Shown here in pieces: positions 12,514-25,524 of a DNA stretch of 64,000 nt. The DNA is from Octopus sinensis (Eukaryota): contig NC_043005.1 in NCBI RefSeq assembly GCF_006345805.1, forward strand, positions 23,002,001 to 23,066,000. Direction: 5' to 3'. The translations under genes were made by a program, and so were the position numbers. Under the pieces are notes generated by a model, which saw nothing but the letters and a program-made list of their open reading frames with translations, ran no database searches and was not told the DNA's origin. Numbering within the stretch: the first letter of the stretch is position 1; each line of letters starts with the position of its first letter.

Positions 12514-12790
12514 GAGTCAATGCGCAGTAGAATTTTCTTGTTTACACAAAACGTTACGCAAATTTTAGATGTCAATGTCTTATTTTTACCCACGAACTTA
12601 AACAGGAGGCAGAAAACACGGTAGGAACAAGCAAAAAGGAGCGGAATTCGAATATATAAACCAAAGTGTATTCTCTCCAACAGATGTGAAAGTTTCTGGA
12701 TAAAGAAACAGTATTAATGTCATTTACCCGTTAATACATTATACTGTGTAGAATGAAAAACTGGTATTTACTTATTTCCTTCACGCGTGC

Positions 12791-12822
<32 letters not shown>

Positions 12823-12959
12823 CTGTCTGTCTCTGTGTGTGCGTGAGTGCGAACACTAGTGTTTTGAACATATAAACATCTAATATTCATATTATTATTT
12901 ATAAGTACACTCCCAAATGTGGTCACTGCAGAGCGTCAAACTGGTGGTGAAGATTGAGG

Positions 12960-13400
12960 CAAACCAGACCCTCTACACAAAGAAGATTGACTACGGTGGA
13001 ACAGCTACCGGGAGAGGCTACAAGAATTGAAGCTCTGCTGTCTAGAGAGATAACGAGAAAGATATGCAGTGATATACATACGGAAGATCGTGAAAGGTCT
13101 AGCTTCCAACTTTAGAATTAAAAGCTATACCAACCACCGAACTGGATGACACTGCATAACACCAACGATCCCGTCTTCTTCATATCGGATAAGGACCCTG
13201 TACTGCAACAGCTTAGCTTTCAGGGAACCACAACTGTTTAGCATCCTGCCAAACAACCTCAGAGATTTACGAGGTGTAAATGTGGAGACCTTCAAAAAAC
13301 ACCTGGACAAATTTGTCTGAAATCACAGATGAACCCATATCGCGGCAAGATGTAGAAAGAAGAGCAGCTCCGTCCAGCTCGCTTCTTCACCAAAAACAAT
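12960..13400 (+). mobile_element. CR1-group LINE 3' fragment
   Basis: Translates to Y.ERLQELKL..LER.RERYAVIY and SFQGPQLFSILPNNLRDLRGVNVETFKKHLDKF, the C-terminus of CR1-like ORF2. Confidence 0.65.
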
Positions 13401-14039
13401 ACAGAAGGAAAACCCGAAACTACTAAAAGGTGGTGCTTCAGTATGGCGCCAGCCTTTGGCTGAAACGATGTTATTTTGTGTGTGTGTGTGTGCGTGTGTA
13501 TTTATATATATACGCACACACTTATATGTGGGGGAGATTGGGTAGGTGGTTGGGTGTGTGCCTATTTTTGAACCAAAAATTCCATGAACTAACAGAAGTG
13601 TACACACATATAGGCCACTAAAAGAAAGCTGATATCATATTTGTTTACAAAATTACACTTTATGCATAACAACGATAGCAAAATTATTCTACGGCGAAAA
13701 GCTGCACCATTAAAACTTTTCTTTACATAAGAACATATTTAAGAATAAATAAATAAATAAATAATATGCAAACGGAATATTACGATTGTACCAGAAAATA
13801 ATTTTGCTACTGATAAACAATAGATATAATCGTTGTAAATCGTATCGTGTACAACAAACTTTCTTGAAGTTAATCAAAATAATCTTTCTTCTGCAAAACA
13901 CGCTTTCACGCATATAGTGCACGACTGTTTGCTTGTTTGTTTGTTTATATGTATGTATGTGTAGACAGACAGATAGATAGATCATCATTTTATATATATA
14001 TATATATATAAGTATAGTTGTGTGTATTATATATATATA

Positions 14040-14204
14040 GGCGCAGGAGTGGCTGTGTGGTAAGTAGCTTGCTTACCAACCACATGGTTCCGGGTTCAGT
14101 TCCACTGCGTGGCACCTTGGGCAAGTGTCTTCTACTATAGCCTCGGGCCGACCAAACCCTTGTGAGTGGATTTGGTAGACGGAAACTGAAAGAAGCCCGT
14201 CGTA

Positions 14205-14271
<67 letters not shown>

Positions 14272-14481
14272 TGTATGTTTGTGTGTCTGTGTTTGTCCCC
14301 CTAGCATTGCTTGACAACCAATGCTGGTGTGTTTATGTCCTCGTAACTTAGCGGTTCGGCAAAAAGAGACCGATAGAATAAGTACTGGGCTTACAAAGAA
14401 TAAGTCCCGGGGCCGAGTTGCTTGACTAAAGGCGGTGCTCCAGCATGGCCGCAGTCAAATGACTGAAACAAGTAAAAGAGT
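14040..14481 (+). mobile_element. tRNA-derived SINE with CORE-like domain and internal (TA)/(TG) microsatellite
   Basis: A-box-like tggctgtgtggt, B-box gggttcagttcc, then ggcaccttgggcaagtgtctt; further copies at 14495-14861 (-) and about 43200-43360 (-). Confidence 0.75.
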
Positions 14482-14494
14482 AATATATATATAT

Positions 14495-14861
14495 TCTTTT
14501 TTGTTTCAGTCATTTGACTGCGGCCATGCGGCAGCACCGCCTTGAAGGGTTTTAGTCGAAGAAATCGACCCCAGGAGTTATTCTTTGTAAGCCTGGTACT
14601 TATTCTATTGGTCTCTTTGCCGAACTGCTAAGTTACGGGAACGTTAACACACCAACATCGGTGGGGGGACAGACACACACAAATATATATATATATACGA
14701 CGGGCTTCCTTCAGTTTCCATCTACCAAATCCACTCACAAAAACTTTCATTGGCCTGAGGCTATAGTAAAAGACATTTGCCCAAGGTGCCATGCAGTGAG
14801 ACTGAACCAGGAGCCATGTGGTTGCAAAGCAAGCTTCTTAACACACAGCCAATCCTGCACC
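14495..14861 (-). mobile_element. Second copy of the same SINE, tail-to-tail with the first
   Basis: Its reverse complement matches the head, core and tail of 14040-14481. Confidence 0.75.
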
Positions 14862-14865
14862 TATA

Positions 14866-15060
14866 TCATCATCATCATCATCCTCATCATTTAACGTCCA
14901 TTGTCCATACTGGCATGGGTTGGACAGTTTGACCAGGCTGGCACGCTGGAAGACTACACCACACTTCAGTCTGATTTGTTATGGTTTTCTACAGATAAAG
15001 GTGCTTCCTAGCACCAATCACTCTGAGAGTGTAATGAGTGCTTTTACATGACATGAAGGC
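14866..15060 (-). mobile_element. RTE 3'-tail fragment
   Basis: (cat)n-ttaacgtcc..catggg ttggacagtttgac matches the tail at 9500-9634 in reverse. Confidence 0.7.
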
Positions 15061-15859
15061 CACCCTATAAATTTTTGAAGCCATGATATTAACAACAAAC
15101 AAAAGGAAAAGATGATCAGAGCCTACAAACACTGTAAATGTCAAGTAAGAGTGTCTTACTTTCATTTTCATACAAAGTAAACACATATATTCACAAGCTT
15201 ATATACATATTATTGGATGGCCATTTACTCTCTTGAATTCATCTGCCAACAAATTTTCTTTTTCATCACACAGGATATTTAAAAATCACCCTCCTCACCA
15301 AGTAGGTTTCATTGAGTTGCAAGTTTAGTTGACAGTAATCTAACCAAAGAAAAGGTTGCATGAGTTAAATGTTAGCTCATTAGTGTGTGAGCTCAAGAAT
15401 GACCTCACACACATACACATGTTAGTCCATGCACACACAAACAAACACACAAAATACAATTCCACAAATTTTTCAAAGTGAACCTCTAAAAGAATCACCA
15501 AGCCAGCTCCCTGGAACTTGAAACAGCATCTTCAATGTACAATGAAATTCAAACTCAGGTAGAACAGGCAAATGTGGATCACATATCTTCAATTGCTGTG
15601 ATCGTAGATGATGTCTACAAAAGTCTACAACTTCCAATCAACCTGGACTCTTTACTGTTGGGTCAAGATATCTCTCTGTCAAGATTTTGTGGGAACAACA
15701 CTTGTAGCTGTGTCTGAGCAGTCCTTTCTAGAATTAGGAAGAGGTTAGAAAATGTGCTTCAGTATAACTTATCTCAGCTCCTTCAACTGGCGCTTCACAT
15801 CCACCTTTGTGAACAAAAGGAAAAATCACCATCATCAGTATTGAATCTTGAAATATACT

Positions 15860-17985
15860 GAACAAAACAGCCTTTGGTTGGAATGGTAGATATCATTCAT
15901 CTCTTGGAAACTGGTGTGCTTCAATACTGATATTGCAGTCTTTGTGAAACAAGACTAGCTACCGAAGTTCGGCTGAAGAAAAACAATGCAAATCCATCAG
16001 AAGTGTTACACTTACATGGAGTAGGTTTTGCAGTCTGTAATGACCTCGTCAATGGGCTACATAAATTATTTAAAGGTATTGCTGAAAGATTGATAACTCT
16101 CTGCTGACTGACAGATACAAGAGGCATCTGTATGTATGTGCCTGTACTTGACACACACACAAAAGTTATGGAGGAATTTTATGCTACTTTACACTATATC
16201 CTATCCACAATACCAAAACAAGATAAAGCAATCAAATTTCTGCAATGGTATTAAAAGAGGGTTTGGAAAATGACATTCTGCTTCTAAGTGAATATGAGTA
16301 TTATAACTTAGTAATCATCAATACACTATTTTGACAAGCAAACTGATACAGATGCATAGCAACATTCATGACTAGTCCTTCAGCATTCAGATCACTCTGT
16401 CAAAACATAAAGCTTATTTATTCACATTGTTTCGAATTGATCATGCATTATCTTGTACCCTTGAAGTTTATTTTTAAAATGACACTGTGTGGTAGGTGTA
16501 AGGGGCTAGATGTTGCCAGTTTGAACATAAAACAATATTTTTACCACATACGGCCAGTTTAAATGCTAAACGATTAAAGCACTGCATTATGATTGATTAT
16601 CTTAAATGCTTGCATGGAGTAGGCTTTGAGGTCTTCAATGACTTGGTCAATGGGCTACAATATCTATGTACAAAGATGTGTGCCTAACACATCATGACAA
16701 GAGTTGATCATACCACCTCCTTGACAATGGCAATTCAGCTCATTTCAAAGCATCATTGGCTGAAGAAATAATTTCAGTGAAAAATCAACACTGAGTCTCT
16801 CTAAAATCTAACAAAGGCAGGCAGAACAACATCAGCATTGCTTAAATGGTAACCTGGCATCCTTCAACCCAGAACACTATGGAAAGTGTATGATGCAATT
16901 TCATAGACATCTCTGCAAAGTCCTTGGATTTACAATAAGGAAATACAAAAAAATGGTTTGAGAAGAACAACATCTAATCAAGAAGCTGATAGAAAACAAA
17001 AGAACATTTTTCATTCCTACAAAAATGACAAGAATAACGAAGGCAAAAGAAAACTTTCTAGCAAGCAAAGGCTGCAGTCTAGAATCAAACATATGCAATG
17101 AAGAACAATTGGTGGCAAACCAAAGCACTTGAAATCCAGAAACTGACTGACATGCATGAAATCCTGAAACTGATTGGCATTCCTTCAGCACAACTTATGC
17201 AATCTATGGTTCCAGGGCAATAGGAGCAACATTTGATAAACAGAAACTATATGCAAGCCTCTGTGTGTGTGTGTATGTGTGTGTTTACATTTAAGTCTTG
17301 TAACTTAGCACTTTGACAAGCATTACACTCGATGTGGATAACAAGACCCTTCAAGGTGGTGCCCCAGCATGGACCACAGTCCAATGAATGAAGCCAGCAA
17401 GAGTAAAAAAGAAAATTGTCATAACGGTTTCATCGGTTTTGCTTCAATAAACAAGAAGTTGTTCCATCTAATTCACTATGAAGACAGATTATGGAAAATG
17501 TAGAGCACATACATTATCAGGGTAATCAAGTATCACAGAATGCGGACACTAACGAGGAGATCCAACACCATATAAAATGTGTTAAAATAAACTTTGATCA
17601 TCAGAAAAGAGAGGTGTAGCGACGATCATGAACTGAAACAAACAACCAAAGTTATGTTGTAGTTGTTGATGTTGTACAGTCTCCTCCATGATTCATCTCC
17701 ATAACCTGGAAATGTATCACAAGAGATATCTGAGGAAAAGCATGCACATCCAGGTACAGAAAGCACAGAAGAATGTCTGCTTGGTCTAATAAGCCAGTGT
17801 CTCCTACACTGAACGTATGATTATGTAGCCTCGCCTTTGTTAGTCTGGCCATGTTGTGCAAATGCCGGTCTGTCGGTTGCCCAAACAACTACTTCGTTAG
17901 CAGCTGAATAAAGAAAGTGCATTTGGAGGTGGACAAAGGAAGACGTTCAAAGACATATTGAAAGGAAATCTTCGTTGTCATTAGT
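15860..17985 (+). mobile_element. Old BovB-like RTE LINE relic with RT largely deleted
   Basis: Remnants: DIA..CETRLA, HGVGFAV..L, WFEEN, WWQTKALEIQKL, NLEMYHKRYLRK, GHVVQMP..RLPKQLL...GGGQRKTFKDILK. Confidence 0.65.
16372..16577 (-). mobile_element. piggyBac-like MITE inside the BovB-like relic
   Basis: Its reverse complement aligns with 62964-63182; ends at TTAA (16574-16577). Confidence 0.6.
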
Positions 17986-18331
17986 TTAGCCTCTGATGCA
18001 ATCTTGATCCAACAAACCTCCACGATCAAGCGCGACGCAGTAATGATTTGGCTGCTATTTCAAGCAGATCAAGTAATAATGTAGAGGATCGTCTTTAGCT
18101 AGGATGAGTAGTTATTTTAGCCTAACCTCAGGTCAGTATTGATCTAATAGACTTATAAATGCGAGTAGTAACGAAAGAATGCCGACTTATCAAAGGCACG
18201 CCACCTTTGACCATCCTATCTTTATTTTTCAGGTCTTATTTAAATAAATGACTGTTTTAAAATATTTCTGTAGATTTTAACAATGAAATCGATGTATTGA
18301 AGGAAAACAAGCGGCTAGTTGAACGGCAGCA

Positions 18332-18505
18332 ATGTATACACGTGCATCCACACTCACACACATGGCCAGAAGACTTCAAATCATACGGATTGGTCACGGT
18401 AGCAATACTTTTAAAACATGGGATGGTCACAGTTGGAACGCTTTTAAAGAAGGAGGAGCATTTAGAAAAGTGCATGCATTCGCGCGTCAGCATAACCCCA
18501 TATGA
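18332..18505 (+). CDS. Candidate 57-aa small ORF with a WDGxxW beta-propeller-blade-like motif
   Basis: ATG 18332 to TGA 18503-18505: MYTRASTLTHMARRLQIIRIGHGSNTFKTWDGHSWNAFKEGGAFRKVHAFARQHNPI. Unique sequence downstream of acceptor-like sites (18232, 18273). Below the track length cut-off. Confidence 0.3.
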   Translation: MYTRASTLTHMARRLQIIRIGHGSNTFKTWDGHSWNAFKEGGAFRKVHAFARQHNPI

Positions 18506-18960
18506 CCAAATGAATCGGACGTGTTACTTTCCATTTTGAATTTTTTTTTTTTTTTCCTCATACGCTAAATTACTGTGATGACAAGCGTCCAGGTGTTCGG
18601 GCACCTGAATTTTCTCCTAATTGAATTAACATGCGAAGTGATTGAATATTCCACAGACACGTGTAATTCTCTTAGAATCAGCGTCACAATGTGACGAGCA
18701 CGATCTTTGAATTCATTTACACAAAAGTATATATATATATTCTTTCACACACACATAAACAATTGCAAACATTATATTAATAATTATTTACCTTGATTGT
18801 TCTTTAGGTCTCTTTGTTTCTTTCCAAAGTCTGATTTTAGCTTTATATAACTTACGATCCAATTCATTTATCACACAGTGTAAAGCAAGGAACGTTGGTT
18901 GCGATTGTTGCTATTATACTAATATTAATGCTATTACCAAAACTACTGCTACTACTGATG

Positions 18961-18996
<36 letters not shown>

Positions 18997-19379
18997 CACT
19001 CACGCGCTTAAAAACCAAAACAATATTTGGCGAGATCTACTGTTAAGCCTATATTTTATTATATATATACGTATACATATACATGTATATGTATATATAC
19101 CACGAGATGTTTTTCTCGTGAAGTAATAGTTTTGTTTGTCAAACTCTAACGATAACAAATGTGTTTACATGTGAATTACTAAACCAACGTGCTTCCCTTT
19201 CGCTTCTCTGTTTGTGTTTAGTTTCTCTTATTTCATATTTGTCCTCGTCGCGCGAGTTGCTTTTGATATTAATATTTTATAGAGAGTTGCGGGGGAGGGG
19301 TGGCTGATGAGGAGAATCACTTGGAGAGAGATGTGGGTCGGAGGGGTGTGTTACGTCAAAGAATTGCGTGAGACAATGA

Positions 19380-20130
19380 AGAGGAGAAGGAGGAGGCTTA
19401 GTCAGAGATGATGGAAGGACGAGAGGATGATAACGGGAGAAAGAGAGCGAGAGAGAGAGAGAGGTCGAATAAGGGGAGTACTGAATGTCAGAAAAGAAGA
19501 AGACGAACGGAAGGAGGAGGAGGAGGAGGAGCGGGCGATAAGAAGAGGGGCGTTAGATAAACAGGAATGTATATGATAGAGTGAGAGGATATTGTCAAAA
19601 AGAGGAGGAAGATTTAACGAGGGGCAAGAGCTAATAAAGAGAGGGAGAATTGAAAGAATTATATAATAAAAAAAGGAAGGAAGGAAGGAAATAAATATAC
19701 GATAGCTATTAAGGAGGGGCGGTAAGAAGAAGTGTTAATAGATAAAGTAGAAGATAAATACGAGGAGATGAAAAGTAAAAGAGATTAATGGTGATGGGGC
19801 AAGCTTGAAAAAAGAGATAATAGAACAGAAGAAAGAGTAGTAGGTGGATACTAGAGGAAGAAAAAAAAGGAATGATGAATAGAAAGAGGGGGAGTCGAGG
19901 AAAGATAACTGAAAATACATTGAAAGAAAGGCAGGCGAGAGGAGGGGGGATGAAAAGGAAGAGAGTAATTAGCAACTGAATGGATAACTAGAAATAGGAG
20001 AGGAAGAGAAGGAATTAGAGAGAAGAAGAATAAAAGAAGCAGGTGTGAGAAGAAAAGAAGTGGAGAATAATAAGAGAAAAGGTATAACACATGGGAAGAG
20101 ATAGAGGTGTGGCAAGACTAGAAAAAAAAA
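19380..20130. repeat. Purine (GA)-rich low-complexity tract
   Basis: About 750 bp of almost pure A/G on the + strand. Confidence 0.85.
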
Positions 20131-20189
20131 TGAGGTCTCCAGTTTTGTAGTTTAATTCCATTCACATCTAAGGTGCGTCACAGGAATAT

Positions 20190-21470
20190 AAATTACACAG
20201 ATGACCTCGGTGGAATTTTAACTGAGAACATGAAGGGCCGTAATGTATTTTGTCCCATGCTCTGTAATTAAACTGTTTCTAATTAGACCTGAAATTTGAG
20301 TGAATGGGTTAGTCGTGATAAATCGACTCCAAGTACTTAACCGGCACACAACAGGGAAAGGCAATGTTGACCTCAGTAGGATTTGAACTCAGAACGCAAA
20401 GAACCAGAAGAATAACTGCGAGGCATTTTATCAGACGTCCTAATGGTTCTGCCAAACCACCACTCTTGTAAATAAATTATTAAAGAGAACAGTAGTGTTC
20501 CGATTTAGAAGAGATAGAACAATATCAATGTGAAAGAGAGAAAAGGGTAAAAAAAAAGAACAATGTAAACACTGAAGAGATTGCTCAACAAAAAAGGACG
20601 GGGAAAGAAAAGGGAAACGTGTAACTCCAAAGAGACCTGTGTCATGTTGGCAGAGCCAAATTAAGACCAACAATGGTTTTGCTCTTCATGCTTCCATTAT
20701 CTAAAAGACCCACTAAGATATAATAAAGTCATTGTGATTGCTGTGTATGTCACCTACCAGATTCTAATTGTGTTATATTCCCTATTTTAAAGTATATCAT
20801 AAACTTCTTCAGTGCTATTATTAACGTTATTTTTGGCAAAATCGTTGGAGCATCAGAAAAAATGCTGTGTAGTATTTTTCTGGCTCTACATTGAGGTTAG
20901 CTTTGCTTTTCATTATTAGAGGTTTTGATAAATCAAAACACCAGTGAAGTACTGGTATTTTATACCAATTTCCTGTTCCTCACTCCTCAAGAAATTTCAT
21001 ATCTTTTGCTTCTTACTGTTACTATTGGTCTTGTGCCAAAATTAGGAAGAATTATTATTATTGTTTTTGAGGCAGTAAGCTGGCAGAATTGTTAGAGCAT
21101 CGGACAAAATGTCAAGCAGTATTTCGTTCAGCTCTTTACGTTGAGATCAAATCCTGCCAACCTTGTCTTTCCTCCTTTTGGCGGGGTCAATAAAATAAGT
21201 ACCAGTCAAGTATTGGTGTCAGTATAATCAACATACCCATCATCTTTGAAATGACTGGCCTTGTGCCAAAATTTGAGAGAATTATCTTTATTATTGTTAA
21301 GGAGACAAGCCAGCAGAATCAGCAGCATGGTGAATGAAATGCTTGTCAGTGTTTCTTCTAGTTCTTTATGTTTTGAGCTAAAATTCCACCAAGATGAACT
21401 TTGCTTTTCATTCTTTCGGGGTCACTAAAATAAATACTAGTTAAGTACTAAGGTTGATGTAATTAATCTG
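20190..21470. mobile_element. Cluster of decayed tRNA-derived SINEs of the 55834-type family, both orientations
   Basis: Repeated remnants of ggcagaattgttagc, gttcaaatcc..gtcaactttgcctttcatcc..ggggtc and aagtaccag. Confidence 0.65.
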
Positions 21471-21538
21471 CCAAAAGCATAGATTACCCATTTTATTATA
21501 ACTAAACATACAAACATTGATATATATATTATATATAT

Positions 21539-21790
21539 ACATTGGGTCATCCCATAAATAATGCAGTTTTTTTAATTGCAAGAACTAAAAATTGGAGGGG
21601 GACAGGATTAACTACCTGCATCAACTTGCTATAAAAACAGGTAGTAATTTTACCTTGTACTTATTCTTAGTTCAAGTTTTGAAGAATGCAGTTCAATTTT
21701 AACAGTTATTTTTTCAAAGCTATAATGGAAGTGACAAAGGAAGTTATTCCACATATTTTGTTTTATGAGTTCAACAGTGTAACAGTCTGG
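21539..21790 (+). mobile_element. Mariner transposon 5' fragment
   Basis: TIR-like ttgggtcatcccataaataatgc after TA; ATG at 21725 gives MEVTKEVI.HILFYEFN, the mariner transposase N-terminus. Confidence 0.6.
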
Positions 21791-22819
21791 CTGTGTTGCA
21801 ATTCTCTACTGACCAGTCTGTTGCTTTATACCTGCTTCTGCTGATGATGATGAGGATAGTCATTTCAGAAAATATGTCAACACTCAATTATTCCACACCA
21901 TTTTTTACTGGTTCACTAGACCAAAGAACGTGAAGTGCCTTTGCCTAGTTGTGCACTAGATTTTTTAACAGAACTTAAAAGCTAAGACTTCAGCCAGAAC
22001 AAGGAGCTGCCCTCAGCCATACATTGTCTATATAAATGGAATTCAAAGTTATTCTCTTTCTCTCTACAGCAGAGCTCAGCTAGAGCAAGAAATTGGTAGG
22101 GAGATCAGAATTACCTCTCAGAGAAAAATTCAAAACTTTAATCTCTCTCTTTCTCCCTCTCTCTCTCTATCTCTCTCTCTATCTATCTATCTACTTACCT
22201 TTCTACCTATCTGTGTACCTGTCTATATTCTCTTCCTCTCTCTTTCTTCAACTATATTCCATGCCTTTCTTTTATCTTAGCAACATTTTCCATAAACTCT
22301 ACGTGTGTCGCACAAGACAACATTAATTTCCATAAACATGTGAATTACACACTACTGACCTTCCAAACATTCACATGCTCAACGTTATCACTAGAGCACA
22401 TGTTAATTGAAACCTTGTTTTAATCATCATCATCGTTGTTGTTGTTGTCATCATTATTGTTTTAACATTTACTTCCCTTATATTTGCATAGCTTAGATAA
22501 GGATATGTTGGGGGCCAAGTTTTCTGCAGCCAGATGCCCTTTTTGTCATCACCCCCACTTCTTCCCAGATGAGGTAATAACCTCTCAGTCTACCAAATAA
22601 CAAAAAACCAGAACCTGTTTTATGCGAACAATGGGAACAGATGACACCGTGTGAATGGACCTTTCCTTTACAAAGATTGTGCAACATATCAAGAAGTTTG
22701 ACAATCCTTTTTCACGGTGGACTGCAAGCAAAAATCACCATCAGGAAGTCATTACTTACAAACCATCATTTACAAACTCACACACACACACACATACACA
22801 AAAGATGGGCTCCTTTCAG

Positions 22820-23057
22820 TTTCTTATTTCTTTACTGCCCACAAGAGGCTACACACAGAAGAGACAAACAAGGACAGACAAACGAATTAAGTCAATTATA
22901 TCGACCCCAATGCGTAACTGATACTTATTTAATCGACCCCGAAAGGATGAAAGGCAAGGTCAACCTTGGCAGTATTTGAACTCAAAAAGTAGCAGCAGAC
23001 GAAATACTGCTAAGCATTTCGCCCGGCGTGCTAACATTTCTGCCAACTCATCGCCTT
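22820..23057 (-). mobile_element. tRNA-derived SINE (same family as 55834-56064)
   Basis: Its reverse complement aligns along the full length with 55834-56064. Confidence 0.8.
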
Positions 23058-23939
23058 TCAGTTTCTATCTACCAAATCCACTCACAAGAGAAACTGTTAG
23101 GTTACATGGTCCCTCTAATCCTGTCTCACTGAAGATTATCCAACCTCTCTAAGAAAATGCATCCAGTATATGCTATAAAGTGGTTGGCATCCACTTATAG
23201 AAACCAAGCCAAATGACACATATGAACACCTAGACTTTGAAGGCAGTAACCCCCTATGAGGAGTGATTTGGGCCATAACAATTCGTCTAACCCATACCAG
23301 CATGAAAAGTAAGCATAAAATGATAATGATGCATATATAGGTGCAAGCATGGCTGCATTTAAAAAGTTTGCTTCAGAACCACAAGGTCAGACATTCAGTC
23401 CTGCTGCATGGAAGCTGTCAGCTGGTACCCTCTACTGTATTGAAGGGCTGACCAATACTTTGTAAGTGAAATTGGTAGATGGAAACTGGAAGAAGCCCAT
23501 CTTAGAAAGATAGACAGACAGGCAGACAGACAGACTGATTGACTGACTAATTGAGCAATTGGTTGATTGATTGACAAACAGGTGTGCAGATAGACAGGCA
23601 AATAACTATGTATGTGTCTGTGTATAGTTAAGGTATGAGTGTGTATTACTCCTCATCTAGACATTTGAGCACTAATTGTAAACAAAGTCCTCACTGTTCA
23701 GACAAAGGAAATCATTTGTTTGCAGCCCACTGCAAAAGCATATCTGGATATTTGTTGTTCAATAAACTGGGTATTGTCACCTTACATGGAGAAAATTCAG
23801 TCATAGTAAATTTTACCCTAGCAAAGCCTCATCTGACCCTAACAAGCATGGAAGATTGAATGTTGAAACAATGAAGATGATAATGATGATAATGGTGACA
23901 GAAGTGTCAACATAGACATTAATTTATTATTTTTGTCTC

Positions 23940-24418
23940 TCACCTTCCCTTTATTGAACACTGCTTGCGGAGACCTGTTGAGGCAAGTGAAATCGAAATC
24001 AAATTCGATGACTGGCATCCGTGCTAGTGGAGCACTAAGAGCACCATCCAAGCGTGATCGTTGCTAGAGCGGCTAACTGGCATCCATGCCGGCAGCACAT
24101 AAAAAGCACCATTTGAGCGTGATTGTTACCAGTGTTGCCTTATTGGCACTTGTGCCAGTGTGCAGGTGGCACATAAAGAAAAAACACCATTTGGGCGTGG
24201 GCGTGGCCATTGCCAGTACCGCCTGACTGGCCCTCGTGCCGGTGGCACATAAAAGCACCCGCTACACTCTCAGAGTGGTTGGCGTTACAAAGGGCATCCA
24301 GCTGTAGAAACTCTGCCAGATCAAGATTGAAGCCTGGTGCAGCCATCTGGTTCACCAGTCCTCAGTCAAATCGTCCAGTTCATGCTAGCATGGAAAGCAG
24401 ATGTTAAACGATGATGAC
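23940..24418 (+). mobile_element. RTE 3'UTR/tail fragment
   Basis: Contains gaggcaagtgaaatcg, several gtgccggtggcac-aaaagcacc units, the ttaggaagggcatcc-like box and an (atg)n tail. Confidence 0.75.
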
Positions 24419-25404
24419 ATTTATATTCTCTACACAAGTTATAGCTGTTTTTTTCATATCAAATTGTTTTGTCTTTGTTATATTCTTGTATGTGGGGTGT
24501 CTCAGAATCCAAGATCAGCAGGTAGAATGTCACACAGTCACACATGGAGATATAAAGCAGGTAAGCCTTTTTAATTTCTTATGTGCACATATTCTGGTCA
24601 TTGTACTATTCAGAATGCAATGGTTATTCACAACACATTTTTCTAATGAGCTTCTCATCAAATAATCATTTAAATAGGCATAGTCATTATATAGCAGTCT
24701 TTCAGCTGTTGATGCATAAAATAATGACTTTATTTAGATTAAAACAAATGATATATAATAATCAGTCAAGTGTAATCTAGGAGTAGGATGTGCAAGATAA
24801 TTTGCAATGATTACCAGCAGTATTAATGTGCAATCCAACACAGTGATTACTGAATGTCTACTTGACTATGTGAATCAAATATTTGGCTCCTGTTCATTTT
24901 GAGGCAGTTTTCAAACACAAGAATATGTGATGAGAAATCCTTGTCAAATTAGGTTAATATCTAATAATAGGTTGAACTAATTGATTTCACTAAATAAATA
25001 AAAAAGACTGTCTCTCAGAGACTGAACGAATTGGAAATTGTGATAAGCTCCAGCATGCTACACAGAATAGTTACATTCAAAGAGCCTATGTGGAGCCAGT
25101 ATGTGGTCATTCATTTTGTTAGACATAGCAAGGTAAATCTCCCTCAAATCACTCTTTAACATTTCAAACTAAGAACACATAGTTCCTGATACACACGAAA
25201 AGATGGTTACAGCTGGAATGTCTTCAGTGATAGGTTTGCTCAATGAGGCTGACCTATTGTCTAAGATGTAAACAACAGCAACATAGGCCAAAGAACAACA
25301 TAACATTGTAATGGAATATCTTGCTCAGACACAATTCCTGGTCAGTTTAAGATGGTTTACACTTCACACTTGGAGTGTATTTTCCTTATTCTGATACAGA
25401 ATAA

Positions 25405-25483
25405 GGCATAGTGGTTAAGAGCGTGGGCTACTAACCCCAAGATTCCAAGTTCGATTCCAGGCAGTGACCTGAATAATAATAAC

Positions 25484-25524
<41 letters not shown>

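Noticed and set aside
23965-24000. ctgttgaggcaagtgaaatc in RTE 3'UTRs as a hammerhead
   Set aside because: A6 is missing and no stem II or III can form.
24505-24566. Candidate + exon ending at CAG|GTAAGC (24561)
   Set aside because: Open in more than one frame with no recognisable homology or partner exons.
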